The notes beneath the pieces were generated by a model. That model was not told where the DNA came from. It made no database searches and saw nothing but the letters and a program-made list of their open reading frames with translations. Of a stretch of DNA of 64,000 bases, positions 30,069 through 41,650 are shown piece by piece. The DNA is taken from the NCBI GenBank assembly GCA_965240325.2, contig OZ251224.1, positions 1,798,001 to 1,862,000 of the forward strand, in the 5' to 3' direction. Numbering within the stretch: the first letter of the stretch is position 1; every line of letters begins with the position of its first letter. This stretch comes from Rebecca billardiae RCC1528. Its lineage: Eukaryota; Protista; Haptophyta. Both the position numbers and the translations under genes were made by a program.

Positions 30069-31696
30069 ATGGCCAGCGGTGCAGGGCGGAGCGCGCAGCG
30101 TGGAGCCCGCACCAGCGGGCCCGAACCACGTTTCAAAAAGATCTTTGATCAAGAAAAAAGGGACGGGGGACGATTTTCATGGCTGGAGGAGACCGAGTTT
30201 CGAATTTTGAGACCCTCTCTAACACGCATCACGGCCGAAAAAGGTCGCGCCCACAACAAGTTCATAGTAAAGCGTGGAGTGACGCCCGTCCAAAAAACTT
30301 CACGCCCTTTAGGATCCCTAACGTAACGAACCGTTACAAGCGATTTTTCCGGCCAATGAGATTGCAGCAAGGTCCAAGGAGCGATGACGTATCTAGATAG
30401 AGATTGCCGCGAACCGATGTGACCATGTACGTCCCTTGAATCAGTTGAATCAACTATTCAATCGCGCCGTGTCTGTATCAGGAGCCAACATGGCAAGGGT
30501 CAGTAGCCGATGCGCCAACTTCGGCGTATCTCAATAGTATCTGACACGAGTCTGGAGCCGGGGACGGCTGCCCAGCAAAGCCAAACCTTGGTTGCTGTGC
30601 ACTCTCCGCGAGAGGGTCAGCGAGCCGCACGAGCGACCGACGGGTGAGTACGGCGATGGGCAGGTGCGCGCGGCGAGTTGCGCCTGGAGCGCGCGGCTGT
30701 GGCGGGTCCCGACTGCCGTCGACATCGCGTTCGTGCCCCCGCTCACTCCGCGCGCCCCCGCCGCCCCGTGTCGATGCCTGCGCGCGGCCGCGCGCGTCGC
30801 CCGGGGCGCCCCGGCCGGCGCCGCGGCAGCCGCCCTGTATTCGGGCTCTCGCAAGCTCGGGGGCAGCGGCGCCTGATGCGGCTGATGCCGGACTGATCGA
30901 TCTCTGAGTCTTCGACTTCACCACGCGCCGCCCTTGCCATGCCTTTCCGGGGAGCGCCGACGATCCGAGTCCATCGTCGACGGTCTGACTCTGAGCGAGG
31001 GCTACGCCTCGGAACTGAACGGTACTCTACGAGGAGGACGAGCTGCGCGGGCGACGGTGGTGCGTGCCGTCCCCAGAGCTGGCTGTGCCTCTGCAACGCG
31101 TGCCGAGCCTGATCGAGGTGTGTCCGCCCGTGCACGCGCGGCGTGCGCGAACGATCTGTGACTGCGGTGCCCTCGAACCTCGGCACTGCGTGCCGTCCCT
31201 CGGGCTGTCAGCTCCGCGTGGCCTGGCGTGCACGTAGAGTTGCGCTCATGCGTCGATCACGCCTCGCGCCCGCCTGTCGGCCGTCGCGCAGGCGCTGGTC
31301 GAACCCTACTCGGACCAGTGCAAATCATCTAACTATCCTGGCGCTGCCGGTGCGCGGTGACCCGCGGCGGGACAGCGGTCAGTCAGCAGCAGCGGCCCGA
31401 ACGAATCCGCGGCCCCGCGCCGTGCTCCCTGGCTGTCAGCTTCGCGTGGCCTGGCGTGCACGTGGAGTCGCGCTCATGCGTCGATCACGCCTGGATACAA
31501 TCGGCGCCGCGCCGGCGGCTGCGAAGTGCGATGGGCCCGCCCGCGGCGCGGCGGGCGGCGGCGAGCCGCTGGTGGAGAGTCTAGTTGTACGGGCATGCAA
31601 CTCCGGGTCTGTCAATGGACGACTGCGACGGAGGGTGCACCGCCACCGCGGGCCCTGAACTACGTTCGTTCTACGGAAAAGGACCGCGGAACGCGG

Positions 31697-31700
<4 letters not shown>
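30069..31700 (+). mobile_element. Helitron2/Helentron-like non-autonomous element, copy 1 (~1.63 kb)
   Basis: 5' GGCCAGCGGTG pairs with subterminal CACCGCGGGCC (31644-31654). Terminal hairpin GACCGCG-GAA-CGCGGTC (31682-31698). No TSD seen. Confidence 0.78.

Positions 31701-31786
<86 letters not shown>
31699..31786. repeat. (AT)n microsatellite joining the two tandem copies
   Basis: Directly visible. Confidence 0.97.
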
Positions 31787-31788
<2 letters not shown>

Positions 31789-31789
<1 letters not shown>

Positions 31790-33429
31790 TGGCCCGCGGT
31801 GCAGGGCGGAGCGCGCAGCGTGGAGCCCGCACCAGCGGGCCCGAACCACGTTTCAAAAAGATCTTTGATCAAGAAAAAAGGGACGGGGGACGATTTTCAT
31901 GGCTGGAGGAGACCGAGTTTCGAATTTTGAGACCCTCTCTAACATGCATCACGGCCGAAAAAGGTCGCGCCCACGGCAAGTTCATAGTAAAGCGTGGAGT
32001 GACGCCCGTCCAAAAAACTTCACGCCCTTTAGGATCCCTAACGTAACGAACCGTTACAAGCGATTTTTCCGGCCAATGAGATTGCAGCAAGGTCCAAGGA
32101 GCGATGACGTATCTAGATAGAGATTGCCGCGAACCGATGTGACCATGTACGTCCCTTGAATCAGTTGAATCAACTATTCAATCGCGCCGTGTCTGTATCA
32201 GGAGCCGACGAGGCAAGGGTCAGTAGCCGATGGGCCAACCTCGGCGAATCTCAATACTATCTGACACCGGAGCGGGAGCCGGGGCGCGCGGGCCCGCGTT
32301 TTCTACGCCACGGCTGCGGCGAGACCGCGAGAGGATGAGGCGAGCTGACGAGCGACCGACGGGTGAGGACGGCGATGGGCAGGTGCGCGCGGCGAGTTGC
32401 GCCTGGAGCGCGCGGCTGCGGCGGGTCCCGACTGCCGTCGACATCGCGTTCGTGCCCCCGCTCACTCCGCGCGCCCCCGCCGCCCCGTGTCGATGCCTGC
32501 GCGCGGCCGCGCGCCGGTCGGCGCCTAGGCGCCCCGGCCGCGCCGCGGCAGCCGCCCTGTATTCGGGCTCTCGCAAGCTCGGGGGCAGCGGCGCCTGATG
32601 CCGGACTGATCGATCTCTGAGTCTTCGACTTCACCACGCGCCGCCCTTGCCATGCCTTTCCGGGGAACGCCGACGATCCGAGTCCATCGTCGACGGTCGA
32701 CTCTGAGCGAGGGCTACGCCTCGGAACTGAACGGTACTCTACGAGGAGGACGAGCTGCGCGGGCGACGGTGGTGCGTGACGTCCCCAGAGCTGGCTGTGC
32801 CTCTGCAACGCGTGCCGAGCCTGATCGAGGTGTGTCAGCCCGTGCACGCGCGGCGTGCGCGAACGATCCGTGACTGGTGCCCAGTCGCACCTCCGACCTC
32901 GGCACCGTGCTCCCTCGGGCTGTCAGCTCCGCGTGGCCTGGCGTGCACGTAGAGTTGCGCTCATGCGTCGATCACGCCTCGCGCCCGCCTGTCGGCCGTC
33001 GCGCAGGCGCTGGTCGAACCCTACTCGGACCAGTGCAAATCACCTAACTATCCTGGCGCTGCCGGTGCGCGGTGACCCGCGGCGGGACAGCGGTCAGTCA
33101 GCAGCAGCGGCCCGAACGAATCCGCGGCCCCGCACCGTGCTCCCTGGCTGTCAGCTTCGCGTGGCCTGGCGTGCACGTGGAGTCGCGCTCATGTGTCGAT
33201 CACGCCTCGTCGCATCCGCCTGTACACAATCGGCGCCGCGCCGGCGGCTGCGAAGTGCGCCGATGGGCCCGCGCCCCGGGCGCGGCGGGCGGCGGCGCGC
33301 CGCTGGAGTCTAGTTGTACGGGCATGCAACTCCGGGTCTGTCAATAGACGACTGCGATGGAGGGTGCACCGCCACCGCGGGCCCTGAACTACGTTCGTTC
33401 TACGGAAAAGGACCGCGGAACGCGGTCAT
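31789..33429 (+). mobile_element. Helitron2/Helentron-like non-autonomous element, copy 2 (head-to-tail with copy 1)
   Basis: Colinear with copy 1. 5' GGCCCGCGGTG (31791-31801) pairs with CACCGCGGGCC (33373-33383). Hairpin at 33411-33427. Confidence 0.78.
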
Positions 33430-33582
33430 ATTATAATTGTGGATAAGCAAGCTCTGCCTACGCTCGGCCGTCACAGTAGCCGCGCACGGCCGCCGCGTAC
33501 GACTCGTCGTCTCTGCCTTATCATGCTGCTAATAAGATGAGCCATCGTCATCATCACCTCAGTTGCTAAAGAGTCACAGTCG

Positions 33583-36500
33583 TCAGCGATCTTCAGGGTC
33601 GTCGGCGTCAGCATCATCACCGAGCAGCCCGAGGTCGCGCAGCCGCCGCGCGCCGCTGGCACCCATCTCGTTTCCTCGAGCGATGTGCAGCGTGCGGAGT
33701 GCCCCACGTGCGCCGCCGTGCGGGCAGATGGACGCGCACGCCTCCACCACGAGAATCGAAGCGGCTGCATCGAGGCCACAGTACTCGAGATTGAGCTCCT
33801 GAAGTGTGCGCTGTGTACCGAGCGCGCGCGAGAGCACGGCCGCGTCAGCCTCCGGCGCGGGCACCGCGCGGGACATGCCATCATCGTCAGTGGACGTGTC
33901 CGCAGCAGCGCCGAGCGCGGGCGCATGGGTGCCAGCCGCGCTGCGCGCGGCCGCCGAGCAGAGGGCATTCATGCTCGCGTCCAGTGCGCGAAGCCGCGTG
34001 GCCCCGCGCAGCAGGCCTGCGAGCTCGGCCGCGGTCAGCCCACAGGCCGCCACCTGCAGCGATTCAAGCGAGGGCGGCAGCGGCGGCAGCAGCCGCGCGC
34101 ACAGCGGGTTGTGCCCCACGCGGAGTGAGCGCACGCTCAGCACGGCCTGCGAGGGCGCGGCGGGCGATGCTGGCGCGGCGGTGAGGCTGGGCCAGCGCTC
34201 GAGCGCGCAGTCCACCAGGGCCAGCTCGTCCAGGCCGCACCGCTCCGCGCCACCCTCGCCCGCAGCCAGCTCGGCCGCCGCACGCGCGCCGTCGTCCACG
34301 CCGTCGGTGCTGAGCTCGGCAGACGCGGCCGGCGGCTGGCGCTCGCCACTGGTCACGTGCCGCTGCCGCGCGAGCGAGGCGCAGAGCTCGTCGAGCAAGC
34401 CCTCGAGCCCGCCGAGCCAGTTGCCGCTCAGGTCGAGGGCGAGCAACCGGTGCAGCGCGCCGCGCCTGGCCGCGCGCACGAGCAGCGCGAGCGCGTGCGC
34501 ACTGAGCATGCACCGCGCCATGCTCAGCCGGCAGAGGCCAGCGGCGGTCGCGGCAGTCGGCGCGGCGCGAGGCGGGTGCGCGGCCGCTGCCCCCGCGAGC
34601 GCGACGCCGCCCTCCAAGGCGACTCCCCTTGCCCCCTCCGCCGCGTGCGCGCCCGGCTGCTCCTCAGGCGGCGTGCGCGTGCGCGTGGGCGTGCGCGTGC
34701 GCGTGGGCGTGCGCGTGGGCGTGCGCGCTGCTGCGACGACTGGGACGAGGGGGTGGTGCGCCAGGGCGGACGCGAGCGCCGTGGTGAGCGCCGGGTCAGC
34801 GCTGCTGAAGCGCAGCTGCGGTGCGGCCGGCGCGTCGTCGAGCGCGGCGCGGAGTGCTGCCGGCAGCGGCGGCGGCGGCCGCTCGACCCGAGGCCGCGCA
34901 AGCGCCGGGCGCGCAGCGGCCGCTGCCCCGCCGTTCGCCGTGGGCGATGGCTGGCGGCCGGGCGAGGCTCTCTCGCGCGCGGCGGCATGCGCGGCGGGCG
35001 GCGGCGATGGCGCCTGCGCGTCGTGCTCCGCCTCGTCGCGCTCGCGGGCGGCTCCATCACCCTGAATGCGCGGGCTGTCGTCGCCCGCGGCAGCCGCTGC
35101 CGCCTCGGCGCCAGCCTTGCGCGCGCGCTTGTGAGCGCGCGGACGCGGCGGCTGCGGCGGCGAGGCCGGCGGCTGCGCGCTCGGCTCGCGCTCGGCGGCG
35201 GCGTGCGGGCACTCGCGCCGATGCGCGTCAAGCCTCGCATTCAGCTCACCCAGCACGCGCGCCGCCTCCTCCGCCCGCCCGCCCTCCCTCAGGGCGTCCT
35301 CTAAGTAGTCGCGCGCGCGCAGGGCGTGTGCGCCCTCAGCCGCGCACGCGAGCGCGCGCGCGTACGTTGCGGCGACGTGCGCGGCGTCCGTGCGCGCGCG
35401 CTCGGAGCTGTTCGCCTCGTCGATGAGCGCGCACGCCATCTTGTCGCGCACCCGCGCGCGCAGCTCGGCCGCGCTCTGCCCCGCCTCCAGCCGCGCGCCC
35501 GCGTCCACGGCCGCGAGCGCACGCTCGTAGGCGCTCGTCGCGCGGCCGTGCGCCGCTGCGGCAAGTGAGTGGCGGCGCGCCTCGTCGTGGGCGCCACCGA
35601 CGGCCTCCGCGGCGGCGCCGATCTCGAGCAGCAGCCCGAGGTCGGCAGGCTCGCCACCGCGCCTCGCCGCGCGCGCCGCCAGCGCCGCCTCCAGCTGCTC
35701 GAACGCGCGAGCGTAGTCCGGGCGGCACCGGACCTCAGCGAATGCCTCCGCAGCCTCGGCGAGGGCGGCCGTGTGAGCGCGCAGCACGCGCAGGCTGGCG
35801 TCCTCGCCGTCCGCGGCGGGGAGCGGCTCGGCGGAGCGCGCGTCAAGGTCGTCGCACAGCTCGGCCACGTCGCGCGTCTCCTCCGCGAGCTGCTGCGCGT
35901 GCCGCCGCGTCGCCTCCGGCAGCACGGCCGCGCGCTGCGCGCACACGGTCTCAAGCTCAGCCGCGGCGCGTGTCGCCGCGCGCATCTCGCCCTCGCTGCG
36001 CGCCGCCACCACCGTGTTCAGGAGGCAAGTGGCGATGGCACCCCACTTGTCCGCGGCGCTGCACTCGGCGGCGTCAGCGTCTACCCCGCCCCGATCGGCC
36101 ACGCCCCCACCGGCTGCCACTGCGGCGGGCGCGGTGCGCAGCGCGCGACAGCCAGCCAGCTCGGCCCTGAGCCACGGCAGGGCGCCCTGCGGGCAGCCGG
36201 CTGCGAGCGCGCGCCCACCTCTCGCGCGCGCGGCCGCACGCACGGCGTGCGGCGAGTCGAGGGCGACGGCGGCGAGGCTCCCCGCTATCTTGAGCAGGTC
36301 GAGCGCCCACGCCTTGCACGCCGGCCGCGGCAGCGTGCACGCCACCCCGCCCTCGTCGCCGCCGGCACCGCGGCCGGCGCCGTCGCCGCCCGCCAGGCAG
36401 TCAGGCGCCGGCGCCGCGAGCGCGTCCATCGCGTCGAGCAGGTGGGACGCGGCGAGCTCGGGCTTGCTGCTGTCGGTGCACACGGCGGCGCGGTTCACGA

Positions 36501-37144
36501 GCGCGCGCGCGACGAGCAGCGGCTCGCGCAGCTCCTTCGCCGCCGCCCAGCTCTGCTCGAAGAAGCTCGCAGCGCTCTCGAGGTGCTGCTGCGCCTCGCG
36601 CTCGCGGCGGATGGAGCGAGCCTCGCGGCACTCGGCGCACTCGGCGTCGTCCGCCTGCTGCGCGCGCTCCTTGAGGGCGAGCGCGAGCTCCTGGTGCGCG
36701 AGCCCGAGGTTCACCAGCGCCTCCTGCACCTTCCGCTCCCGCTGCGCGCCGCGCAGCTCGGTCGCGCTCCGCATCTGCTCGGTGAACGCTCTCACCGCGT
36801 GCGCGTGCCGCTCGAGGCGCAGCAGGCACAGCCCTGGGGCGCGCGCACGAAGATGAACGCGGGCGCGCGTGAGTAGGCGCAGCGCGCGAGGCGGCGCGAC
36901 CAGGCGGCGCGAGCCGCGCCTCGCGCGCGCGCGCACCGACACGATGGTGGGCCTCCGTCTCGTCGGCCGCGTTCCCCGCCTGCCGCTGATGCGCGACGTC
37001 CCGCTGGTGCCATCGGAGCGCGCGCTCCACATCGCCAACGCGCTCAAACTCGACGCCGATCTCGTGCGCAAGGTTGCCCGCGCTCGACAGACGCTTGCGC
37101 GCGAGCGCGTGCTTGTACTGCGCCTTCAGCTCGGCGATGGACAT
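33583..37144 (-). CDS. TONSOKU/TONSL-like protein (N-terminal TPR, C-terminal LRR); intron 36834-36936
   Basis: Exon 1 reads MSIAELKAQYKHA...NLAHEIGVEFERVGDVERALRWHQRD. The GTGCGC...CAG intron joins the frames. TPR-like ALVNLGLAHQ and LRRs LALDLSGNWL, LRALDASMNAL, LQELNLEYCGL. Confidence 0.72.
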
Positions 37145-37863
37145 GACGACACTTACCGTATTGAATGAATAATAACTACGAACAAGCGCGCTGCCGCCGA
37201 GCTCTGGACCAACGGTCTGTCGAGACAATCGAATAAATTCCTTGCGAACAGTTTACTAAGAATAGCTAGGCTGTATTCGCCACCCCCTCAATTTTCCCTT
37301 AGAAAGGCTTCTATAGCAAAAACACCTGGGTATAGTATAACTCGCTTCCACACCCGTGCCATCAGCTACTTCAAAGTAGACCTGTAATATTTATATATTG
37401 TGTCAAAAAGTTCACAGCAGGCAGGCGCGATGTCATCATCATCATCAGCAATAAAGCTCTGCGGTGTCGTCGGACTCCCGCTCCGCTCGAACGCTGTCAG
37501 AGGATACGCGACTGCTCCCTGTCCTATAGCTGATGATGTGTCCGCACCCCAGTACCGTAGGCGTAGCCCGCGTAGACGGCCAGCAGTGAGTAGGAAATAG
37601 GACTAGCTGGCATATATAGCTAGGACTCGCCGTCGTCGCGGGAGTTGGCTGCCGATGTTGTATAGTGATACTCATCGGCAGACACTCTGACAGCAGTACT
37701 CTGTAATAATCTATATGGGCGGTGTAGTACGTCCAGGACTCATCTAGCTACAGTATTGTCACAGAATGATAGTAGCAGTGGGCTCCGCAACTCGTGAGTG
37801 GGCCGGACCGTGCGCAGCGTGCGGCTGGGGAAGAGTGAAGACCCGAAGGTTGCCGGTCCACTG

Positions 37864-40800
37864 CTACTTGAAGCCACGCACTCGCAAGTCAACCATCTCG
37901 ACATCCTCCTCGGCATCGTCATAGTCTGCCCCTGCATGCCCCTCCACAAGCCCGGCCTCGTCGACCTCGGGCGGCGCGCTCAGACTGGGCCGCCGGACGT
38001 CCTTGGGCGTGGCCGCGCCGCTGCCCATGCGGTCGAGCCCCGCGCCGATGGACGAGCCCATCTGGTCGAGATTGCTCGCCTCCGACGGCTGCGACGCGAT
38101 CTCCTGCACGCGACAAGGAGGGCGGGGCGCGGGCGCGGGGCCAGTGCGCGCGGTGAGGGCACGCTCGGCACTCGGACCGCGCGCAGCTCGCAGGAAGCTG
38201 CGCCCCGCCCGCTGCCCGCCGCGCGCCGCGCGCCGCGCACGGGCTCCGGGCGCGCGCGCACATTGTTTTGGTGCGAGGCCCTATCGTTCGAGGTGAGGAA
38301 GTTGATCGTGCTCATGTTGGCGACGCTCGACGTTCGCGAGTAGCCCGCGTGGAGGATCTTCCCGCGGATCACGACGACCGTCGCGACGACGCCCGCGCAG
38401 AAGCACGTGAGCGTGAGGCTGAGCAGGATCATCGCCACGCCGAGCATCGAGCGAGGCTTGGACGCGTCCGCGCTGCTCACGACGCCGAGCGCGCGGTTGC
38501 GCAGCTTGCGCAGGATGCCGGTCTCGAGCTCGGGCGGCGTGGTTTTGATGCTCAGCTCGATCGACGGCGAGCGCCTCTGCCGCGCGAAGAAGAACTTGTA
38601 CTTGCTCGAGTCCACCACGCGCCGCAGGTCCTCGGTCACGTGCGCGAGCTGCTCGGTGCTCACCTCGAACGAGACGCTCTTGGTCTGGCCGGGCTGCAGC
38701 ACGATCGGCTCGAAGCCGACGAGCCGCTGCTTCTCCGGCGCCATGCCGTCGGTGCGGTACTCCTGCGTCGCGAAGAGCAGCACCGTGTGCCGCCCCGCGC
38801 GCGTGCCCGTGTTGTTCACGTCGACCGTGACGGTGATGGTCGCCTGTGCGGCGCCGATGGGCCGACGCGTGCGCGCGCGCGCGCGCGGCGCCGCGCGTGA
38901 GCCGGCGCGCCAGACTGTGGGCGGCGGGCGCGCGCTGATCACGGCGCGCGCTCGGAGGCGACGGGGCGCGGGGCCGAGCACGCGGGGCGCGGGGCATCGA
39001 GCGCGGGCGCACCGGGTGCGTCACGTCCGCCAGCGCCGGCTGCGTGCGCAGGTGCATGTAGTCGAACGTCGTGTACGACAGGCCGTGCCCAAACTCATAC
39101 TCGACCGGGCAGTTCTCGGTGCCGGTCGAGAGGTACGCGCCCGCGGAGCCGGCGCAGCGCGAGGAGACGCGGGAGTAGTGGCTCTCGAAGGCGTGCGGGA
39201 AGGCGGGGTAGGTGTACGGCAGCCGGCCCGACGGGTTGGTCAGCCCGAGGATCACCTCCGCCAGCGCCGTGCCGCCCGCCGGTCCGGGCAGCAGGCCGTG
39301 CAGGACCGACACCACCTGAGGCAGCTCGGTGATTCCGCCCAGCAGCCGCGGCCGTCCCTCGAGCAGCACGAGCACGATCGAGAGGGACGGGTACTCGCGC
39401 GCGAGCTTGCGCACGAGCTCGAGCTGGCCGGCGTGCAGGCTCAGGTCGTCGATGTCGCCGGGCTTCTCCGTGTAGCTCTCCTCGCCGAGCGCGACGATCG
39501 CCACGTCGGCCGTGCGCGCGGCGCGCAGCGTGCGCTCCATGTCGTCGGCGTCGATCTCGCACGTCGCTTGCGCGTGCGACGGCACGCTGAACGTGCAGCC
39601 GTGCGTGTGCGTGATGTGCGCGTCGGGGAGCAGCCGGACGAGCGCGCTCTTCAGCGTCTCGCCCTGGTCCCGGAACTCCTCGTCGTCGCACGCGCCCTGC
39701 CAGTGGATCGACCAGCCGCCCGTCTGGTACACGCGCGAGTTGGCGGTCGGGCCGGTGAGCAGGACGCGCGAGACCTTGCTGCGGTCGAGCGGCAGCATGC
39801 GCTTGCCGGGCTCGCAGTAGCCGCCGAGGCTCTCGTGCTCGGGCCCGGTGATGAGCTCGGCCTCCTCCGTCTTCAGGTAGCACACCGCCCAGTCGTTCTC
39901 CAGCAGCCACTGCTTCATGAACAGCCAGCGGTTGCAGCTGCTCTCCTTGTCGCACTCGGCGCGGCACGCCTCCGCGGTCGGCGTGTCGCCCTTGTGGAAG
40001 CTGATGATGTCGTGCCCGTTGCCCACGGTGGTGTTGACGAGGACGGGGCTGCAGTACTTGGGGCCCGTGTACCCCACCGGCTCCTCGTTCGCCAGCAGCG
40101 TGATCCCCGCGCGCGCCACCTCGAGCGCCACCTCCGCGTCGCCGCCCACCTGCGGGATCAGCGGCGAGTGCAGCGCGGGCACTGGGTTGGCGAGCAGCCC
40201 GAGGTCCTTCTTGAGCTGCATGATGCGCTCGACGCTCTCGTCGAGGCGCTCGACGGGCACGCTGCTGTTCCTGACCAGGTCGAGCAAGTCCACCGAGAAC
40301 GACTCGTCCAGCGGCACCATCGACATGTCGATCGACGTGTTGTTCATCGCGAGGTGCACGGCCGCGCGCCGGCTGGGCGCGACGCGGTGGAACTCGTGCA
40401 GGTTGATGATCTCGGCCCAGTCGGTGACGAGCATGCCCTCGAAGCCGAGCTCGTCGCGCAGGAGCTGGCGGAGGTACTTGCGCGACGCCGCGATCGGCAC
40501 GCCGTTCAGCTCGTTGTACGACTCCATCGCCGTGCGCACCTTGGCGCGCTTGACCGCCGCGAGGAAGGGCAGCAGGTAGTACTCGCGCAGCGCCGTCTCC
40601 GGGATCATCACGGGCGCGCGGTCGTGCCCTGTGACCGGGTGCGAGTAGGCGAAGAAGTGCTTCATGCACGCCGCGGCGGTGGGCAGGTCGGGGTCCTCCG
40701 TGTCCACCTGGATCCCCTCGATGTTCGCCACGCCCATCTCCGCCACCACGTAAGGGTCCTCGCCAAACGTCTCGTACACGCGCGACCACGACGGCTGCGT

Positions 40801-41340
40801 CGCGAGGCCGAGGATGGGCGCGAAGAGCCACGGCACGCCCGCGGCGAGCGTGTCGCGCGCGGTGATGCGCCCGACCTCGCGCGACATCGCGCGGTCGAAC
40901 GTCGCGGCCAGCGAGATCTGATGCCCGAACAGCGTCGCGCCGTACACGTACGTCGCGCCGTGCACCGAGTCGAGCCCAAACAGGATGGGCGGCAGGCCCT
41001 CGTCGACGGTGATCTGCTGCAGCTCGTGCATGAAGCCGCGCCAGTCCTGCGGGGTCCAGCCCGCGGGCACGCTCTTGTCGCCGCACGCGCCCCCCGAGTA
41101 CGGCGAGTTCAGCAGCGAGCCGATCTTGTACTTGCGCAGCCAGTGCCGCAGCTTTGGCTTGTCGAGCTTGCCGTCCGTCGTGACCATGCTCACGTCGATC
41201 TGCGTCATCTGGCCGACCTTCTCTTCGAGCGACATGCCACGCACCAGCGCAACCACGTCGGGATCGATGGCGGCCGCCACCGTGGCCACCACCACGACGA
41301 AGGCGGCGGCTCTCGCCGCTCGCCGGGTTGTCTTCATCAT
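37864..41340 (-). CDS. Glycoside hydrolase family 3 beta-glucosidase with signal peptide, PAN/apple-like insert, Fn3-like domain and C-terminal TM; introns 38844-39012 and 38104-38261
   Basis: MSLEEKVGQMTQ, GLDSVHG, ETFGEDP, CMKHF, LVTDW (nucleophile), PSGRLPYTYP and FGHGLSYTTF. The introns link three ORF-track frames. Confidence 0.93.
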
Positions 41341-41650
41341 GCGGCCGCTGTCCGAGTGGAAGTGCAGCCGGCAGGCAGGCAGGCTGCGCGGCAGCTGCCG
41401 AGCGACCGGGCGTGGGGCCGAGCGAAGACTAGTCAAATCCCCGAAATCCCTAGCAATCCGGCCGATCCCTGGCGCCAAACTTACGGCTGACCCCCGTGCC
41501 ACTGAGCTCGACGAAGCGCCGTTGAAGCGCCCCCAAACTGGGCGGACGTTTGCAGACGAAGCGCGGCGAACGACATTGCCTCAGTGTGCCTCAGTAGACG
41601 TATACGATGGCGGCGGAAACCTCCACCGGCATCAAACCGAAAGTGAAGGC

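Noticed and set aside
31526-32046. YIYIYI-containing ORFs (also 52666-53241)
   Set aside because: Translations of (AT)n microsatellites.
30069-33429. LTR retrotransposon or simple assembly duplication
   Set aside because: No TG...CA ends, PBS/PPT or internal domain. The copies differ by many substitutions and indels, and a third copy has a different interior.
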